Origin: Eledone cirrhosa
Taxonomy: Eukaryota
Reading direction: 5' to 3'
Length of the DNA: 64,000 bases
NCBI GenBank assembly: GCA_964016885.1
Contig: OZ024745.1
Coordinates: forward strand, 60,264,001 to 60,328,000
In this document: in pieces, positions 14,541-30,636 of the stretch
Position numbering within the stretch: position 1 is the first letter of the stretch
Layout of the letters: the number at the start of each line of letters is the position of its first letter
Notes under the pieces: model-generated
Seen by the model: only the letters and a program-made list of their open reading frames with translations
The model's database searches: none
What the model was told of the DNA's origin: nothing
Position numbers and translations under genes: made by a program

Positions 14541-17500
14541 CAACTTGGAGTGTTGACTTCAACTTGGAGTGTTGACTTCAACTTGGAGTGTTGACTTCAA
14601 CTTGGAGTGTTGACTTTAACTTGGAGTGTTGACTTCAACTTAGAGTGTAAACTTCAACTTGGAGTGTAAACTTCAACTTGGAGTGTAAACTTCAACTTGG
14701 AGTGTAAACTTCAACTTGGAGTGTAAACTTCAACTTGGAGTGTAAACTTCAACTTGGAGTGTAAACTTCAACTTGGAGTGTAAACTTCAACTTGGAGTGT
14801 AAACTTCAACTTGGAGTGTAAACTTCAACTTGGAGTGTAAACTTCAAATTGGAGTGTAAACTTCAACTTGGAGTGTAAACTGCGACTTGGAGTGTAAACT
14901 GCGACTTGGAGTGTAAACCTCGACTTGGAGTGAGAACCTCGACTTGGAGTGAGAACCTCGACTTGGAGTGAGAACCTCGACTTGGAGTGAGAACCTCGAC
15001 TTGGAGTGAAAACCTCGACTTGGAGTGAGAACCTCGACTTGGAGTGAGAACCTCGACTTGGAGTGAGAACCTCGACTTGGAGTGAAAACCTCGACTTGGA
15101 GTGAAAACCTCGACTTGGAGTGAGAACCTCGACTTGGAGTGAAAACCTCGACTTGGAGTGAGAACCTCGACTTGGAGTGAAAACCTCGACTTGGAGTGTA
15201 AACTGCGACTTGGAGTGAAAACCTCGACTTGGAGTGAAAACCTCGACTTGGATTGAGAACCTCGACTTGGATTGAGAACCTCGACTTGGATTGAGAACAT
15301 CGACTTGGAGTGTAAACTGCGACTTGGAGTGTAAACTGCGACTTGGAGTGTAAACCTCGACTTGGGGTGTAAACCTCGACTTGGAGTGTAAACTGCGACT
15401 TGGAGTGTAAACTTCAACTTGGAGTGTAAACTTCAACTTGGAGTGTAAACTTCAACTTGGAGTGTAAACTTCAACTTGGAGTGTAAACTTCAACTTGGAG
15501 TGTAAACTTCAACTTGGAGTGTAAACTGCGACTTGGAGTGTAAACTTCAACTTGGAGTGTAAACTGCGACTTGGTGTGTACAACGTGGAGTGTAAACTGC
15601 GATTTGGAATGTAAATTGCGACTTGGATTGTAAATTCCGACTTGGAGTGTAAACTGCTACTGTGTAATGTTCGACTTGGAATGTAATGTACAACGTGGAA
15701 TGTAATGTACGACTTGGAGTGTAAACGGCGACTTGGTTCTACTTGGAGTGTAAACGGCGACTTGGTTCTACTTGGAGTGTAAACTGCTACTTGGTTCTAC
15801 TTGAAGTGTAATGATCTACTTGAAGCGTAATGATCTACTTGGAGTGTAATGTTCTACTTGGTCTGTAAACTGCGACTTGGAGTGTAATGTACGACTCGGA
15901 GTTTAAACTGCGACTTGAAGTGTAAACTGCGACTTGGAGTGTAAACTGAGACTTGGAGTGTAAACTGCGACTCGGAGTGTGAACTACAACTTGGAGCATA
16001 ATGTACGACTTAGAGTGTAATGTAGGACTAGGAGCATAATGTACGACTTGGAGTGTAATGTAGGACTTGGAGTGTAAACTGCGACTTGGAGTGTAATGTA
16101 GGACTTGCAGTGTAAACTGCGACCTGGAATATAAATTGCGACTTGGATTGTAAACCTTGACTTGCAGTGTATTGAACAACTTGGGGTGTATACTGCGGCT
16201 TGGAGTGTAAACTGCGACTCCGAATGTAAACTACGACTTGCAGTGTAATATATGACTCTGAGTGTAAACTACGACTTGGAGTGTAAACTGCGACATGGAG
16301 TGTAAACTGCGACATGGAGTATAAACTGCGACTTGGAGTGTTGACTTCAACTTGGAGTGTTGACTTCAACTTGGAGTGTTGACTTCAACTTGGAGTGTTG
16401 ACTTCAACTTGGAGTGTTGACTTCAACTTGGAGTGTTGACTTCAACTTGGAGTGTTGACTTCAACTTAGAGTGTAAACTTCAACTTGGAGTGTAAACTTC
16501 AACTTGGAGTGTAAACTTCAACTTGGAGTGTAAACTTCAACTTGGAGTGTAAACTTCAACTTGGAGTGTAAACTTCAACTTGGAGTGTAAACTTCAACTT
16601 GGAGTGTAAACTTCAACTTGGAGTGTAAACTGCGACTTGGAGTGTAAACTGCGACTTGGAGTGTAAACTGCGACTTGGAGTGAAAACCTCGACTTGGAGT
16701 GAAAACCTCGACTTGGAGTGAAAACCTCGACTTGGAGTGAGAACCTCGACTTGGAGTGAGAACCTCGACTTGGAGTGAGAACCTCGACTTGGAGTGAAAA
16801 CCTCGACTTGGAGTGAAAACCTCGACTTGGAGTGAAAACCTCGACTTGGATTGAGAACCTCGACTTGGAGTGTAAACTGCGACTTGGAGTGTAAACTGCG
16901 ACTTGGAATGTAAACTGCGACTTGGAGTGTAAACTGCGACTTGGAGTGTAAACTGCGACTTGGAGTGTAAACTGCGACTTGGAGTGTAAACCTCGACTTG
17001 GAGTGTAAACCTCGACTTGGAGTGTAAACTGCAACTTGGAGTGTAAACTGCGACTTGGAGTGTAAACTGCGACTTGGAGTGTAAACTGCGACTTGGAGTG
17101 TAAACTGCGACTTGGAGTGTAAACTGCGACTTGGAGTGTAAACTGCGACTTGGAGTGTAAACTGCGACTTGGAGTGTAAAATGCGACTTGGAGTGTAATC
17201 TGCGGCTTGGAGTGCGGCTTGGAGTGTAAACTGCGACTCCGAATGTAAACTACGACTTGCAGTGTAATATATGACTCTGAGTGTAAACTACGACTTGGAG
17301 TGTAAACTGCGACATGGAGTGTAAACTGCGACATGGAGTATAAACTGCGACTTGGAGTGTTGACTTCAACTTGGAGTGTTGACTTCAACTTGGAGTGTTG
17401 ACTTCAACTTGGAGTGTTGACTTCAACTTGGAGTGTTGACTTCAACTTGGAGTGTTGACTTCAAGTTAGAGTGTAAACCTCAACTTGGAGTGTAAACTTC

Positions 17501-20500
17501 AACTTGGAGTGTAAACTTCAACTTGGAGTGTAAACTTCAACTTGGAGTGTAAACTTCAACTTGGAGTGTAAAGTTCAACTTGGAGTGTAAACTTCAACTT
17601 GGAGTGTAAACTTCAACTTGGAGTGTAAACTTCAACTTGGAGTGTAAACTTCAACTTGGAGTGTAAACTTCAACTTGGAGTGTAAACTTCAACTTGGAGT
17701 GTAAACTTCAACTTGGAGTGTAAACTGCGACTTGGAGTGTAAACTGCGACTTGGAGTGTAAACCTCGACTTGGAGTGAGAACCTCGACTTGGAGTGAGAA
17801 CCTCGACTTGGAGTGAGAACCTCGACTTGGAGTGAAAACCTCGACTTGGAGTGAGAACCTCGACTTGGAGTGAGAACCTCGACTTGGAGTGAGAACCTCG
17901 ACTTGGAGTGAAAACCTCGACTTGGAGTGAAAACCTCGACTTGGAGTGTAAACTGCGACTTGGAGTGAAAACCTCGACTTGGAGTGAAAACCTCGACTTG
18001 GATTGAGAACCTCGACTTGGATTGAGAACCTCGACTTGGATTGAGAACATCGACTTGGAGTGTAAACTGCGACTTGGAGTGTAAACTGCGACTTGGATTG
18101 TAAACCTCGACTTGGGGTGTAAACCTCGACTTGGAGTGTAAACTTCAACTTGGAGTGTAAACTTCAACTTGGAGTGTAAACTTCAACTTGGAGTGTAAAC
18201 TTCAACTTGGAGTGTAAACTTCAACTTGGAGTGTAAACTGCGACTTGGAGTGTAAACTTCAACTTGGAGTGTAAACTGCGACTTGGTGTGTACAACGTGG
18301 AGTGTAAACTGCGATTTGGAATGTAAATTGCGACTTGGATTGTAAATTCCGACTTGGAGTGTAAACTGCTACTGTGTAATGTTCGACTTGGAATGTAATG
18401 TACAACGCGGAATGTAATGTACGACTTGGAGTGTAAACGGCGACTTGGTTCTACTTGGAGTGTAAACGGCGACTTGGTTCTACTTGGAGTGTAAACTGCT
18501 ACTTGTTTCTACTTGAAGTGTAATGATCTACTTGAAGCGTAATGATCTACTTGGAGTGTAATGTTCTACTTGGTCTGTAAACTGCGACTTGGAGTGTAAT
18601 GTACGACTCGGAGTTTAAACTGCGACTTGAAGTGTAAACTGCGACTTGGGGTGTAACCTGCGACTTGGAGTGTAAACTGCGACTTGGAGTGTAAACTGCG
18701 ACTCGGAGTGTGAACTACAACTTGGAGCATAATGTACGACTTAGAGTGTAATGTAGGACTAGGAGCATAATGTACGACTTGGAGTGTAATGAAGGACTTG
18801 GAGTGTAAACTGCGACTTGGAGTGTAAACTGCGACATGGAGTATAAACTGCGACTTGGAGTGTTGACTTCAACTTGGAGTGTTGACTTCAACTTGGAGTG
18901 TTGACTTCAACTTGGAGTGTTGACTTCAACTTGGAGTGTTGACTTCAACTTGGAGTGTTGACTTCAACTTGGAGCGTTGACTTCAACTTGGAGTGTTGAC
19001 TTCAACTTGGAGTGTTGACTTCAACTTGGAGTGTTGACTTCAACTTGGAGTGTTGACTTCAACTTGGAGTGTTGACTTCAACTTGGAGTGTTGACTTCAA
19101 CTTGGAGTGTAGACTTCAACTTGGAGTGTAGACTTCAACTTGGAGTGTAGACTTCAACTTGGAGTGTAAACTTCAACTTGGAGTGTAAACTTCAACTTGG
19201 AGTGTAAACTTCAACTTGGAGGGTTAACTTCAACTTGGAGTGTAAACTTCAACTTGGAGTGTAAACTTCAACTTGGAGTGTAAACTTCAACTTGGAGTGT
19301 AAACTGCGACTTGGTGTGTACAACGTGGAGTGTAAACTGCGATTTGGAATGTAAATTGCGACTTGGATTGTAAATTCCGACTTGGAGTGTAAACTGCTAC
19401 TTGGAGTGTAAACTGCTACTGTGTAATGTTCGACTTGGAATGTAATGTACAACGTGGAATGTAATGTACGACTTGGAGTGTAAACGGCGACTTGGTTCTA
19501 CTTGGAGTGTAAACGGCGACTTGGTTGTACTTGGAGTGTAAACTGCTACTTGGTTCTACTTGAAGTGTAATGATCTACTTGAAGCGTAATGATCTACTTG
19601 GAGTGTAATGTTCTACTTGGTCTGTAAACTGCGAGTTGGAGTGTAATGTACGACTAGGAGTTTAAACTGCGACTTGAAGTGTAAACTGCGACTTGGAGTG
19701 TAAACTGAGACTTGGAGTGTAAACTGCGACTCGGAGTGTGAACTACAACTTGGAGCATAATGTACGACTTAGAGTGTAATGTAGGACTAGGAGCATAATG
19801 TACGACTTGGAGTGTAATGTAGGACTTGGAGTGTAAACTGCGACTTGGAGTGTAATGTAGGACTTGGAGTGTAAACTGCGACCTGGAATATAAATTGCGA
19901 CTTGGATTGTAAACCTTGACTTGCAGTGTATTGAACAACTTGGGGTGTATACTGCGGCTTGGAGTGTAAACTGCGACTCCGAATGTAAACTACGACTTGC
20001 AGTGTAATATATGACTCTGAGTGTAAACTACGACTTGGAGTGTAAACTGCGACATGGAGTGTAAACTGCGACATGGAGTATAAACTGCGACTTGGAGTGT
20101 TGACTTCAACTTGGAGTGTTGACTTCAACTTGGAGTGTTGACTTCAACTTGGAGTGTTGACTTCAACTTGGAGTGTTGACTTCAACTTGGAGTGTTGACT
20201 TCAACTTAGAGTGTAAACTTCAACTTGGAGTGTAAACTTCAACTTGGAGTGTAAACTTCAACTTGGAGTGTAAACTTCAACTTGGAGTGTAAACCTCGAC
20301 TTGGAGTGTAAACCTCGACTTGGAGTGTAAACTGCGACTTGGAGTGAGAACCTCGACTTGGAGTGAAAACCTCGACTTGGAGTGAGAACCTCGACTTGGA
20401 GTGAAAACCTAGACTTGGAGTGAAAACCTAGACTTGGAGTGAGAACCTCGACTTGGAGTGAAAACCTCGACTTGGAGTGAAAACCTCGACTTGGAGTGTA

Positions 20501-23500
20501 AACTTCAACTTGGAGTGTAAACTGCGACTTGGAGTGTAAAATGCGACTTGGAGTGTAATCTGCGGCTTGGAGTGTAAAATGCGACTTGGAGTGTAATCTG
20601 CGGCTTGGAGTGTAATCTGCGGCTTCGAGTGTAATCTGCGGCTTGGAGTGTAATGTACAACTTGGAGCATAATGTACGACTTAGAGTGTAATGTAGGACT
20701 TGGAGTGTAAACTGCGACTTGGAATATAAATTGCGATTTGGATTGTAAACCTTGACTTGCAGTGTATTGAACAACTTGGGGCGTATACTGCGGCTTGGAG
20801 TGTAAACTGCGACTCCGAATGTAAACTACGACTTGCAGTGTAATATATGACTCTGAGTGTAAACTACGACTTGGAGTGTAAACTGCGACATGAAGTATAA
20901 ACTGCTACTTGGAGTGTTGACTTCAACTTGGAGTGTTGACTTCAACTTGGAGTGTTGACTTCAACTTGGAGTGTTGACTTCAACTTGGAGTGTTGACTTC
21001 AACTTGGAGTGTTGACTTCAACTTGGAGTGTAAACTTCAACTTGGAGTGTACACTTCAACTTGGAGTGTAAACTTCAACTTGGAGTGTAAACTTCAACTT
21101 GGAGTGTAAACTTCAACTTGGAGTGTAAACCTCGACTTGGAGTGTAAACCTCGACTTGGAGTGTAAACTGCGACTTGGAGTGAGAACCTCGACTTGGAGT
21201 GAAAACCTCGACTTGGAGTGAGAACCTCGACTTGGAGTGAAAACCTCGACTTGGAGTGAGAACCTCGACTTGGAGTGAGAACCTCGACTTGGAGTGAAAA
21301 CCTCGACTTGGAGTGAGAACCTCGACTTGGAGTGAAAACCTCGACTTGGAGTGTAAACTGCGACTTGGAGTGTAAACTGCGACTTGGAGTGAAAACCTCG
21401 ACTTGGAGTGAAAACTGCGACTTGGAGTGTAGACCTCGACTTGGAGTGTAAACCTCGACTTGGAGTGTAAACCTCGACTTGGAGTGAGAACCTCGACTTG
21501 GAGTGAAAACCTCGACTTGGAGTGAGAACCTCGACTTGGAGTGAAAACCTCGACTTGGAGTGAGAACCTCGACTTGGAGTGAAAACCTCGACTTGGAGTG
21601 AGAACCTCGACTTGGAGTGAAAACCTCGACTTGGAGTGTAAACTGCGACTTGGAGTGTAATGTACAACTTGGAGCATAATGTACAACTTGGAGCATAATG
21701 TACGACTTGGAGCATAATGTACGACTTAGAGCATAATGTAGGACTTAGAGTGTAATGTAGGACTTAGAGTGTAATGTAGGACTTAGAGTGTAATGTAGGA
21801 CTTAGAGTGTAATGTAGGACTAGGAGCATAATGTACGACTTGGAGTGTAATGTAGGACTTGGAGTGTAATGTAGGACTTGGAGTGTAATGTAGGACTTGG
21901 AGTGTAAACCTTGACTTGCAGTGTATTGAACAACTTGGGGTGTATACTGCGACTTGGAGTGTAAACTGCGGCTCCGAATATAAACTACGACTTGCAGTGT
22001 AATATAGGACTCTGAGTGTAAACTACGACTTGGAGTGTAAACTGCGACATGGAGTGTAAACTGCGACATGGAGTATAAACTGCGACTTGGAGTGTTGACT
22101 TCAACTTGGAGTGTTGACTTCAACTTGGAGTGTTGACTTCAACTTGGAGTGTTGACTTCAACTTGGAGTGTTGACTTCAACTTGGAGTGTTGACTTGAAC
22201 TTAGAGTGTAAACTTCAACTTGGAGTGTAAACTTTAACTTGGAGTGTAAACTTCAACTTGGAGTGTAAACTTCAACTTGGAGTGTAAACTTCAACTTGGA
22301 GTGTAAACTTCAACTTGGAGTGTAAACTTCAACTTGGAGTGTAAACTTCAACTTGGAGTGTAAACTTCAACTTGGAGTGTAAACTTCAACTTGGAGTGTA
22401 AACTTCAACTTGGAGTGTAAACTGCGACTTGGTGTGTACAACGTGGAGTGTAAACTGCGATTTGGAATGTAAATTGCGACTTGGATTGTAAATTCCGACT
22501 TGGAGTTTAAACTGCGACTGTGTAATGTTCGACTTGGAATGTAATGTACAACGTGGAATGTAATGTACGACTTGGAGTGTAAACGGCGACTTGGTTCTAC
22601 TTGGAGTGTAAACGGCGACTTGGTTCTACTTGGAGTGTAAACTGCTACTTGGTTCTACTTGAAGTGTAATGATCTACTTGAAGCGTAATGATCTACTTGG
22701 AGTGTAATGTTCTACTTGGTCTGTAAACTGCGACTTGGAGTGTAATGTACGACTCGGAGTTTAAACTGCGACTTGAAGTGTAAACTGCGACTTGGAGTGT
22801 AAACTGCGACTCGGAGTGTGAACTACAACTTGGAGCATAATGTACGACTTAGAGTGTAATGTAGGACTAGGAGCATAATGTACGACTTAGTGTGTAATGT
22901 AGGACTTGGAGTGTAAACTGCGACTTGGAGTGTAATGTAGGACTTGGAGTGTAAACTGCGACCTGGAATATAAATTGCGACTTGGATTGTAAATCTTGAC
23001 TTGCAGTGTATTGAACAACTTGGGGTGTATACTGCGGCTTGGAGTGTAAACTGCGACTCCGAATGTAAACTACGACTTGCAGTATAATATATGACTCTGA
23101 GTGTAAACTACGACTTGGAGTGTAAACTGCGACATGGAGTGTAAACTGCGACATGGAGCATAAACTGCGACTTGGAGTGTTGACTTCAACTTGGAGTGTT
23201 GACTTCAACTTGGAGTGTTGACTTCAACTTGGAGTGTTGACTTCAACTTGGAGTGTTGACTTCAACTTGGAGTGTTGACTTCAACTTGGAGTGTTGACTT
23301 CAACTTGGAGTGTTGACTTCAACTTGGAGTGTTGACTTCAACTTGGAGTGTTGAATTCAACTTGGAGTGTTGACTTCAACTTAGAGTGTAAACTTCAACT
23401 TGGAGTGTAAACTTCAACTTGGAGTGTAAACTTCAACTTGGAGTGTAAACTTCAACTTGGAGTGTAAACTTCAACTTGGAGTGTAAACTTCAACTTGGAG

Positions 23501-26500
23501 TGTAAACTTCAACTTGGAGTGTAAACTTCAACTTGGAGTGTAAACCTCAACTTGGAGTGTAAACTTCAACTTGGAGTGTAAACTTCAACATGGAATGTAA
23601 ACTTCAACTTGGAGTGTAAACTTCAACTTGGAGTGTAAACTTCAACTTGGAGTGTAAACTGCGACTTGGAGTGTAAACCTCGACTTGGAGTGAGAACCTC
23701 GACTTGGAGTGAGAACCTCGACTTGGAGTGAGAACCTCGACTTGGAGTGAGAACCTCGACTTGGAGTGAGAACCTCGACTTGGAGAGAAAACCTCGACTT
23801 GGAGTGAAAACCTCGACTTGGAGTGAGAACCTCGACTTGGAGTGAAAACCTCGACTTGGAGTGAAAACCTCGACTTGGAGTGTAAACTGCGACTTGGAGT
23901 GAAAACCTCGACTTGGAGTGAAAACCTCGACTTGGATTGAGAACCTCGACTTGGATTGAGAACCTCGACTTGGATTGAGAACCTCGACTTGGAGTGTAAA
24001 CTGCGACTTGGAGTGTAAACTGCGACTTGGAGTGTAAACCTCGACTTGGAGTGTAAACTGCGACTTGGAGTGTAAACTTCAACTTGGAGTGTAAACTTCA
24101 ACTTGGAGTGTAAACTTCAACTTGGAGTGTAAACTGCGACTTGGAGTGTAAACTTCAACTTGGAGTGTAAACTGCGACTTGGTGTGTACAACGTGGAGTG
24201 TAAACTGCGATTTGGAATGTAAATTGCGACTTGGATTGTAAATTCCGACTTGGAGTGTAAACTGCTACTTGGAGTTTAAACTGCTACTGTGTAATGTTCG
24301 ACTTGGAATGTAATGTACAACGTGGAATGTAATGTACGACCTGGAGTGTAAACGGCGACTTGGTTCTACTTGGAGTGTAAACGGCGACTTGGTTCTACTT
24401 GGAGTGTAAACTGCGACTCGGAGTGTGACCTACAACTTGGAGCATAATGTACGACTTAGAGTGTAATGTAGGACTAGGAGCATAATGTACGACTTGGAGT
24501 GTAATGTAGGACTTGGAGTGTAAACTGCGACTTGGAGTGTAATGTAGGACTTGGAGTGTAAACTGCGACTTGGAATATAAATTGCGACTTGGATTGTAAA
24601 CCTTGACTTGCAGTGTATTGAACAACTTGGGGTGTATACTGCGGCTTGGAGTGTAAACTGCGACTCCGAATGTAAACTACGACTTGCAGTGTAATATATG
24701 ACTCTGAGTGTAAACTACGACTTGGAGTGTAAACTGCGACATGGAGTGTAAACTGCGACATGGAGTATAAACTGCGACTTGGAGTGTTGACTTCAACTTG
24801 GAGTGTTGACTTCAACTTGGAGTGTTGACTTCAACTTGGAGTGTTGACTTCAACTTGGAGTGTTGACTTCAACTTGGAGTGTAGACTTCAACTTGGAGTG
24901 TAAACTTCAACTTGGAGTGTAAACTTCAACTTGGAGTGTAAACTTCAACTTGGAGTGTAAACTTCAACTTGGAGTGTAAACTGCGACTTGGAGTGTAAAC
25001 TTCAACTTGGAGTGTAAACTGCGACTTGGTGTGTACAACGTGGAGTGTAAACTGCGATTTGGAATGTAAATTGCGACTTGGATTGTAAATTCCGACTTGG
25101 AGTGTAAACTGCTACTTGGAGTTTAAACTGCTACTGTGTAATGTTCGACTTGGAATGTAATGTACAACGTGGAATGTAATGTACGACTTGGAGTGTAAAC
25201 TGCGACTTGGAGTGAAAACCTCGACTTGGAGTGAAAACCTCGACTTGGATTGAGAACCTCGACTTGGATTGAGAACCTCGACTTGGATTGAGAACCTCGA
25301 CTTGGAGTGTAAACTGCGACTTGGAGTGTAGACTGCGACTTGGAGTGTAAACTTCAACTTGGAGTGTAAACTGCGACTTGGTGTGTACAACGTGGAGTGT
25401 AAACTGCGATTTGGAATGTAAATTGCGACTTGGATTGTAAATTCCGACTTGGAGTGTAAACTTCATCTTGGAGTGTAAACTTCAACTTGGAGTGTAAACT
25501 TCAACTTGGAGTGTAAACTTCAACTTGGAGTGTAAACTTCAACTTGGAGTGTAAACTTCAACTTGGAGTGTAAACTTCAACTTGGAGTGTAAACTGCGAC
25601 TTGGAGTGTAAAGTGCGACTTGGAGTGTAAACCTCGACTTGGAGTGAGAACCTCGACTTGGAGTGAGAACCTCGACTTGGAGTGAAAACCTCGACTTGGA
25701 GTGAGAACCTCGACTTGGAGTGAGAACCTCGACTTGGAGTGAGAACCTCGACTTGGAGTGAAAACCTCGACTTGGAGTGAAAACCTCGACTTGGAGTGAG
25801 AACCTCGACTTGGAGTGAAAACCTCGACTTGGAGTGTAAACTGCGACTTGGAGTGAAAACCTCGACTTGGAGTGAAAACCTCGACTTGGATTGAGAACCT
25901 CGACTTGGATTGAGAACCTCGACTTGGATTGAGAACCTCGACTTGGAGTGTAAACTGCGACTTGGAGTGTAAACTGCGACTTGGAGTGTAAACCTCGACT
26001 TGGGGTGTAAACCTCGACTTGGAGTGTAAACTGCGACTTGGAGTGTAAACTTCAACTTGGAGTGTAAACTTCAACTTGGAGTGTAAACTTCAACTTGGAG
26101 TGTAAACTTCAACTTGGAGTGTAAACTGCGACTTGGAGTGTAAACTTCAACTTGGAGTGTAAACTTCAACTTGGAGTGTAAACTGCGACTTGGTGTGTAC
26201 AACGTGGAGTGTAAACTGCGATTTGGAATGTAAATTGCGACTTGGATTGTAAATTCCGACTTGGAGTGTAAACGGCTGCTTGGAGTTTAAACTGCTACTG
26301 TGTAATGTTCGACTTGGAATGTAATGTACAACGTGGAATGTAATGTACGACTTGGAGTGTAAACGGCGACTTGGTTCTACTTGGAGTGTAAACGGCGACT
26401 TGGTTCTACTTGGAGTGTAAACTGCTACTTGGTTCTACTTGAAGTGTAATGATCTACTTGAAGCGTAATGATCTACTTGGAGTGTAATGTTCTACTTGGT

Positions 26501-29500
26501 CTGTAAACTGCGACTTGGAGTGTAATGTACGACTCTGAGTTTAAACTGCGACTTGAAGTGTAAACTGCGACTTGGAGTGTAAACTGCGACTTGGAGTGCA
26601 AACTGCGACTTGGAGTGTAAACTGCGACTCGGAGTGTGAACTACAACTTGGAGCATAATGTACGACTTAGAGTGTAATGTAGGACTTGGAGTGTAAACTG
26701 CGACTTGGAGTGTAATATAGGACTTGGAGTGTAAACTGCGACTTGGAATATAAATTGCGACTTTGATTGTAAACCTTGACTTGCAGTGTATTGAACAACT
26801 TGGGGTGTATACTGCGGCTTGGAGTGTAAACTGCGACTCCGAATGTAAACTACGACTTGCTGTGTAATATATGACTCTGAGTGTAAACTACGACTTGGAG
26901 TGTAAACTGCGACATGGAGTGTAAACTGCGACATGGAGTATAAACTGCGACTTGGAGTGTTGACTTCAACTTGGAGTGTTGACTTCAACTTGGAGTGTTG
27001 ACTTCAACTTGGAGTGTTGACTTCAACTTGGAGTGTTGACTTCAACTTGGAGTGTTGACTTCAACTTGGAGTGTTGACTTCAACTTAGAGTGTAAACCTC
27101 AACTTGGAGTGTAAACTTCAACTTGGAGAGTAAACTTCAACTTGGAGTGTAAACTTCAACTTGGAGTGTAAACTTCAACTTGGAGTGTAAACTGCGACTT
27201 GGAGTGTAAACCTCGACTTGGAGTGAGAACCTCGACTTGGAGTGAGAACCTCGACTTGGAGTGAGAACCTCGACTTGGAGTGAGAACCTCGACTTGGAGT
27301 GAGAACCTCGACTTGGAGAGAAAACCTCGACTTGGAGTGAAAACCTCGACTTGGAGTGAGAACCTCGACTTGGAGTGAAAACCTCGACTTGGAGTGAAAA
27401 CCTCGACTTGGAGTGTAAACTGCGACTTGGAGTGAAAACCTCGACTTGGAGTGAAAACCTCGACTTGGATTGAGAACCTCGACTTGGATTGAGAACCTCG
27501 ACTTGGAGTGTAAACTGCGACTTGGAGTGTAAACTGCGACTTGGAGTGTAAACCTCGACTTGGGGTGTAAACCTCGACTTGGAGTGTAAACTGCGACTTG
27601 GAGTGTAAACTTCAACTTGGAGTGTAAACTTCAACTTGGAGTGTAAACTTCAACTTGGAGTGTAAACTTCAACTTGGAGTGTAAACTGCGACTTGGAGTG
27701 TAAACTTCAACTTGGAGTGTAAACTTCAACTTGGAGTGTAAACTGCGACTTGGTGTGTACAACGTGGAGTGTAAACTGCGATTTGGAATGTAAATTGCGA
27801 CTTGGATTGTAAATTCCGACTTGGAGTGTAAACTGCTGCTTGGAGTTTAAACTGCTACTGTGTAATGTTCGACTTGGAATGTAATGTACAACGTGGAATG
27901 TAATGTACGACTTGGAGTGTAAACGGCGACTTGGTTCTACTTGGAGTGTAAACGGCGACTTGGTTCTACTTGGAGTGTAAACTGCTACTTGGTTCTACTT
28001 GAAGTGTAATGATCTACTTGAAGCGTAATGATCTACTTGGAGTGTAATGTTCTACTTGGTCTGTAAACTGCGACTTGGAGTGTAATGTACGACTCGGAGT
28101 TTAAACTGCGACTTGAAGTGTAAACTGCGACTTGGAGTGTAAACTGCGACTTGGAGTGCAAACTGCGACTTGGAGTGTAAACTGCGACTCGGAGTGTGAA
28201 CTACAACTTGGAGCATAATGTACGACTTGGAGTGTAATGTAGGACTTGGAGTGTAAACTGCGACTTGGAATATAAATTGCGACTTTGATTGTAAACCTTG
28301 ACTTGCAGTGTATTGAACAACTTGGGGTGTATACTGCGGCTTGGAGTGTAAACTGCGACTCCGAATGTAAACTACGACTTGCTGTGTAATATATGACTCT
28401 GAGTGTAAACTACGACTTGGAGTGTAAACTGCGACATGGAGTGTAAACTGCGACATGGAGTATAAACTGCGACTTGGAGTGTTGACTTCAACTTGGAGTG
28501 TTGACTTCAACTTGGAGTGTTGACTTCAACTTGGAGTGTTGACTTCAACTTGGAGTGTTGACTTCAACTTGGAGTGTTGACTTCAACTTAGAGTGTAAAC
28601 CTCAACTTGGAGTGTAAACTTCAACTTGGAGTGTAAACTTCAACTTGGAGTGTAAACTTCAACTTGGAGTGTAAACTTCAACTTGGAGTGTAAACTTCAA
28701 CTTGGAGTGTAAACTTCAACTTGGAGTGTAAACTTCAACTTGGAGTGTAAACTTCAACTTGGAGTGTAAACTTCAACTTGGAGTGTAAACTTCAACTTGG
28801 AGTGTAAACTTCAACTTGGAGTGTAAACTTCAACTTGGAGTGTAAACTTCAACTTGGAGTGTAAACTTCAACTTGGAGTGTAAACTTCAACTTGGAGTGT
28901 AAACTTCAACTTGGAGTGTAAACTGCGACTTGGAGTGTAAACTGCGACTTGGAGTGTAAACCTCGACTTGGAGTGAGAACCTCGACTTGGAGTGAGAACC
29001 TCGACTTGGAGTGAGAACCTCGACTTGGAGTGAGAACCTCGACTTGGAGTGAAAACCTCGACTTGGAGTGAGAACCTCGACTTCGAGTGAGAACCTCGAC
29101 TTGGAGTGAGAACCTCGACTTGGAGTGAAAAGCTCGACTTGGAGTGAGAACCTCGACTTGGAGTGAAAACCTCGACTTGGAGTGAAAACCTCGACTTGGA
29201 GTGTAAACTGCGACTTGGAGTGAAAACCTCGACTTGGAGTGAAAACCTCGACTTGGATTGAGAACCTCGACTTGGATTGAGAACCTCGACTTGGATTGAG
29301 AACATCGACTTGGAGTGTAAACTGCGACTTGGAGTGTAAACTGCGACTTGGAGTGTAAACCTCGACTTGGGGTGTAAACCTCGACTTGGAGTGTAAACTG
29401 CGACTTGGAGTGTAAACTTCAACTTGGAGTGTAAACTTCAACTTGGAGTGTAAACTTCAACTTGGAGTGTAAACTTCAACTTGGAGTGTAAACTGCGACT

Positions 29501-30636
29501 TGGAGTGTAAACTTCAACTTGGAGTGTAAACTGCGACTTGGTGTGTACAACGTGGAGTGTAAACTGCGATTTGGAATGTAAATTGCGACTTGGATTGTAA
29601 ATTCCGACTTGGAGTGTAAACTGCTACTGTGTAATGTTCGACTTGGAATGTAATGTACAACGTGGAATGTAATGTACGACTTGGAGTGTAAACGGCGACT
29701 TGGTTCTACTTGGAGTGTAAACGGCGACTTGGTTCTACTTGGAGTGTAAACTGCTACTTGGTTCTACTTGAAGTGTAATGATCTACTTGAAGCGTAATGA
29801 TCTACTTGGAGTGTAATGTTCTACTTGGTCTGTAAACTGCGACTTGGAGTGTAATGTACGACTCGGAGTTTAAACTGCGACTTGAAGTGTAAACTGCGAC
29901 TTGGAGTGTAAACTGCGACTTGGAGTGTAAACTGCGACTTGGAGTGTAAACTGCGACTTGGAGTGTAAACTGCGACTCGGTGTGTGAACTACAACTTGGA
30001 GCATAATGTACGACTTAGAGTGTAATGTAGGACTAGGATCATAATGTACGACTTAGTGTGTAATGTAGGACTTGGAGTGTAAACTGCGACTTGGAGTGTA
30101 ATGTAGGCCTTGGAGTGTAAACTGCGACCTGGAATATAAATTGCGACTTGGATTGTAAACCTTGACTTGCAGTGTATTGAACAACTTGGGGTGTATACTG
30201 CGGCTTGGAGTGTAAACTGCGACTCCGAATGTAAACTACGACTTGCAGTGTAATATATGACTCTGAGTGTAAACTACGACTTGGAGTGTAAACTGCGACA
30301 TGGAGTGTAAACTGCGACATGGAGTATAAACTGCGACTTGGAGTGTTGACTTCAACTTGGAGTGTTGACTTCAACTTGGAGTGTTGACTTCAACTTGGAG
30401 TGTTGACTTCAACTTGGAGTGTTGACTTCAACTTGGAGTGTTGACTTCAACTTGGAGTGTAAACTTCAACTTGGAGTTTAAACTTCAACTTGGAATGTAA
30501 ACTTCAACTTGGAGTGTAAACTGCGACTTGGAGTGTTGACTTCAACTTGGAGTGTAGACTTCAACTTGGAGTGTAAACTTCAACTTGGAGTATAAACTTC
30601 AACTTGGAGTGTAAACTTCAACTTGGAGTGTAAACT